The notes under the pieces: model-generated
What the model was told of the DNA's origin: nothing
The model's input: only the letters and a program-made list of their open reading frames with translations
Database searches by the model: none
Part shown: positions 62,581 through 64,000 of the stretch, piece by piece
How the letters are laid out: every line of letters begins with the position of its first letter
Numbering within the stretch: the stretch's first letter is position 1
From: Camelus ferus
Taxonomy: Eukaryota
Assembly (NCBI RefSeq): GCF_009834535.1
Contig: NC_045696.1
Coordinates: 10,604,001-10,668,000 of the forward strand
Reading direction: 5' to 3'
DNA length: 64,000 nt
Translations under genes and position numbers: made by a program

Positions 62581-64000
62581 GTTCTTGTCGATGCGGGATC
62601 ATTTTTATTCCTACAGGGGCTGTTCCAGCATCTCCACTATGAGCTCTTCCTCTTCCCAGCTGCCTGCCCCCAGGTGAGGTGGCTTTTCTCTCTCTTGCTC
62701 TCCCCACAGATGTGTTCTCATCTGACCTCATTATTTCAGAGTCTCCAGATTGTATGACTTTGGCATTCTCTAAGGAGTTACCGATGTTAACTTAGAAGCT
62801 TCTGGGACACAACAGCCCTTCCGGATCCCAGTGCTGGGGCCTCCGGCGAGCTTCCTCCTCCCCCATTGCCTACCTCTGGCTGGTGCAGCACGTGCAGGGC
62901 CCCCGTCAGGGTGCGTGTCCTCTGTCCCGGGATTTGACGGCAGCCAGCCTCTTGGAGAACCATTCACATCCACGAAAATCACTGAACAAAAAGGTGCCTA
63001 CACTATTGAGAAAATCAGGTCAGAGTCCATCAGCATCAGAACACTGAGGGTCTACATGGAAACACTGAAAGACAGCCTCAAAGACCCTGCCTCCCCCTCT
63101 ACCCAGCTGCCCTTGCCCATCAGCTGTCCGTTCCCTTGCCGTCTGAATGTTGCTTTCCTAAACCTTAGTGACTAACATGTAATCATCGGAGGATCTCTCA
63201 AAGGGTTTGCTTTGCCTCCACTGCTCCCTGTCACCAATCTGGGCCTCCCTCGGGGCTTGGGGTCCAGGCTGCCGGAGAAAGTTCGGGTGACTGAGTTGTA
63301 GGCTGGTCACCTGGCAGGGCATTGGCCCTGAGTCTGCCTCTTTCGATGCCACTCGCAGGGACAGACCGAGGGTTGAGCAGAGAGGCTGGAAAAAGCCAGA
63401 GGCCAGAGGTTTTCCAGAGGGCAGAAAGGACGTGTTCACCTCCTGCTAGGATTCCTGTTTCCAGAAGATTCCAGTTCCACTAGAACAAACCGAGGGAGCA
63501 GCTTTTGCCTCCCCAAAGCAGGTCCTGGATCCTGGCATCGCTGCCTCCGACTACCTGTATGGCCTCAGGCGTGTCTCCTGATCTTCCTGGGCCATAGTTG
63601 CCTTATTCAGTAGGGAAGAGGGTGGACAGATAACCTCTAAAGTCTCTTGCGCCATTGGCATTGATCTGGCACTTGTGACCTGCATGCTCTGTCCTTCGTG
63701 GTCATTGAGAGAGGCTGAGTGGCAAAGAGAAATTACTCTCTGCCCTCAATCCCTGCATTCCCCCCACCCCTCACCCCCAGGGCATCAAGCAGCCTGTAGT
63801 GTTTAAGGCCTGGTTGTCCTGAGCTCAGAGCCTGAGATCGGGCCTGTCAATAATAGCCAGAAGCAACTTTTTCTAATGGAGGCGCAGTTTCCACACGAGC
63901 AGAAGGAATTTGATTTAACTTCTGATCAGGCATTTCAGCTTTTATGCTGGGCTTTGTTAAAAAGGATAGGACAGGATGGCTTGAAGAAGTCATTTGCAAC

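Noticed and set aside
1..64000. Host gene identity, or a novel multi-gene/defence system
   Set aside because: No recognisable coding exon or RNA gene; the DNA is eukaryotic and non-coding, so naming a gene or system would be a guess

Overview
Mammalian non-coding genomic DNA, almost certainly from a camelid (alpaca, llama or camel). The lineage-specific SINE here is a tRNA-Ala(AGC)-derived element matching the camelid vic-1 family (6 copies), and I saw no Alu, B1, Bov-tA or PRE-1 type SINEs. I cannot support any protein-coding gene: the listed ORFs look like chance frames, many inside repeats. The window is a mosaic of ancient eutherian repeats (MIR, L2, old L1, MaLR/ERVL LTRs, hAT MER elements), younger L1 3' ends, and two related ERV1-class solo LTRs with target-site duplications. 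Between them lie repeat-free blocks dense in homeodomain, TALE, POU and SOX motifs, a small CpG island with a strong G-quadruplex motif (39.6-40.1 kb), and a promoter-like patch at 44.2-44.8 kb. This fits a long intron or regulatory desert of a developmental gene, which I cannot name. The best leads are a candidate recursive splice site with an all-frame-stop exon (5.1 kb), several + strand exon candidates, a phased tandem octamer/MEIS enhancer (34.1 kb), and a three-layer nested insertion with an unidentified insert and a possible SINE 3' transduction (55.1-55.8 kb). I found no convincing evidence of a wholly new biological system. Repeat family names come from recalled consensus similarity, and boundaries without TSDs are approximate.
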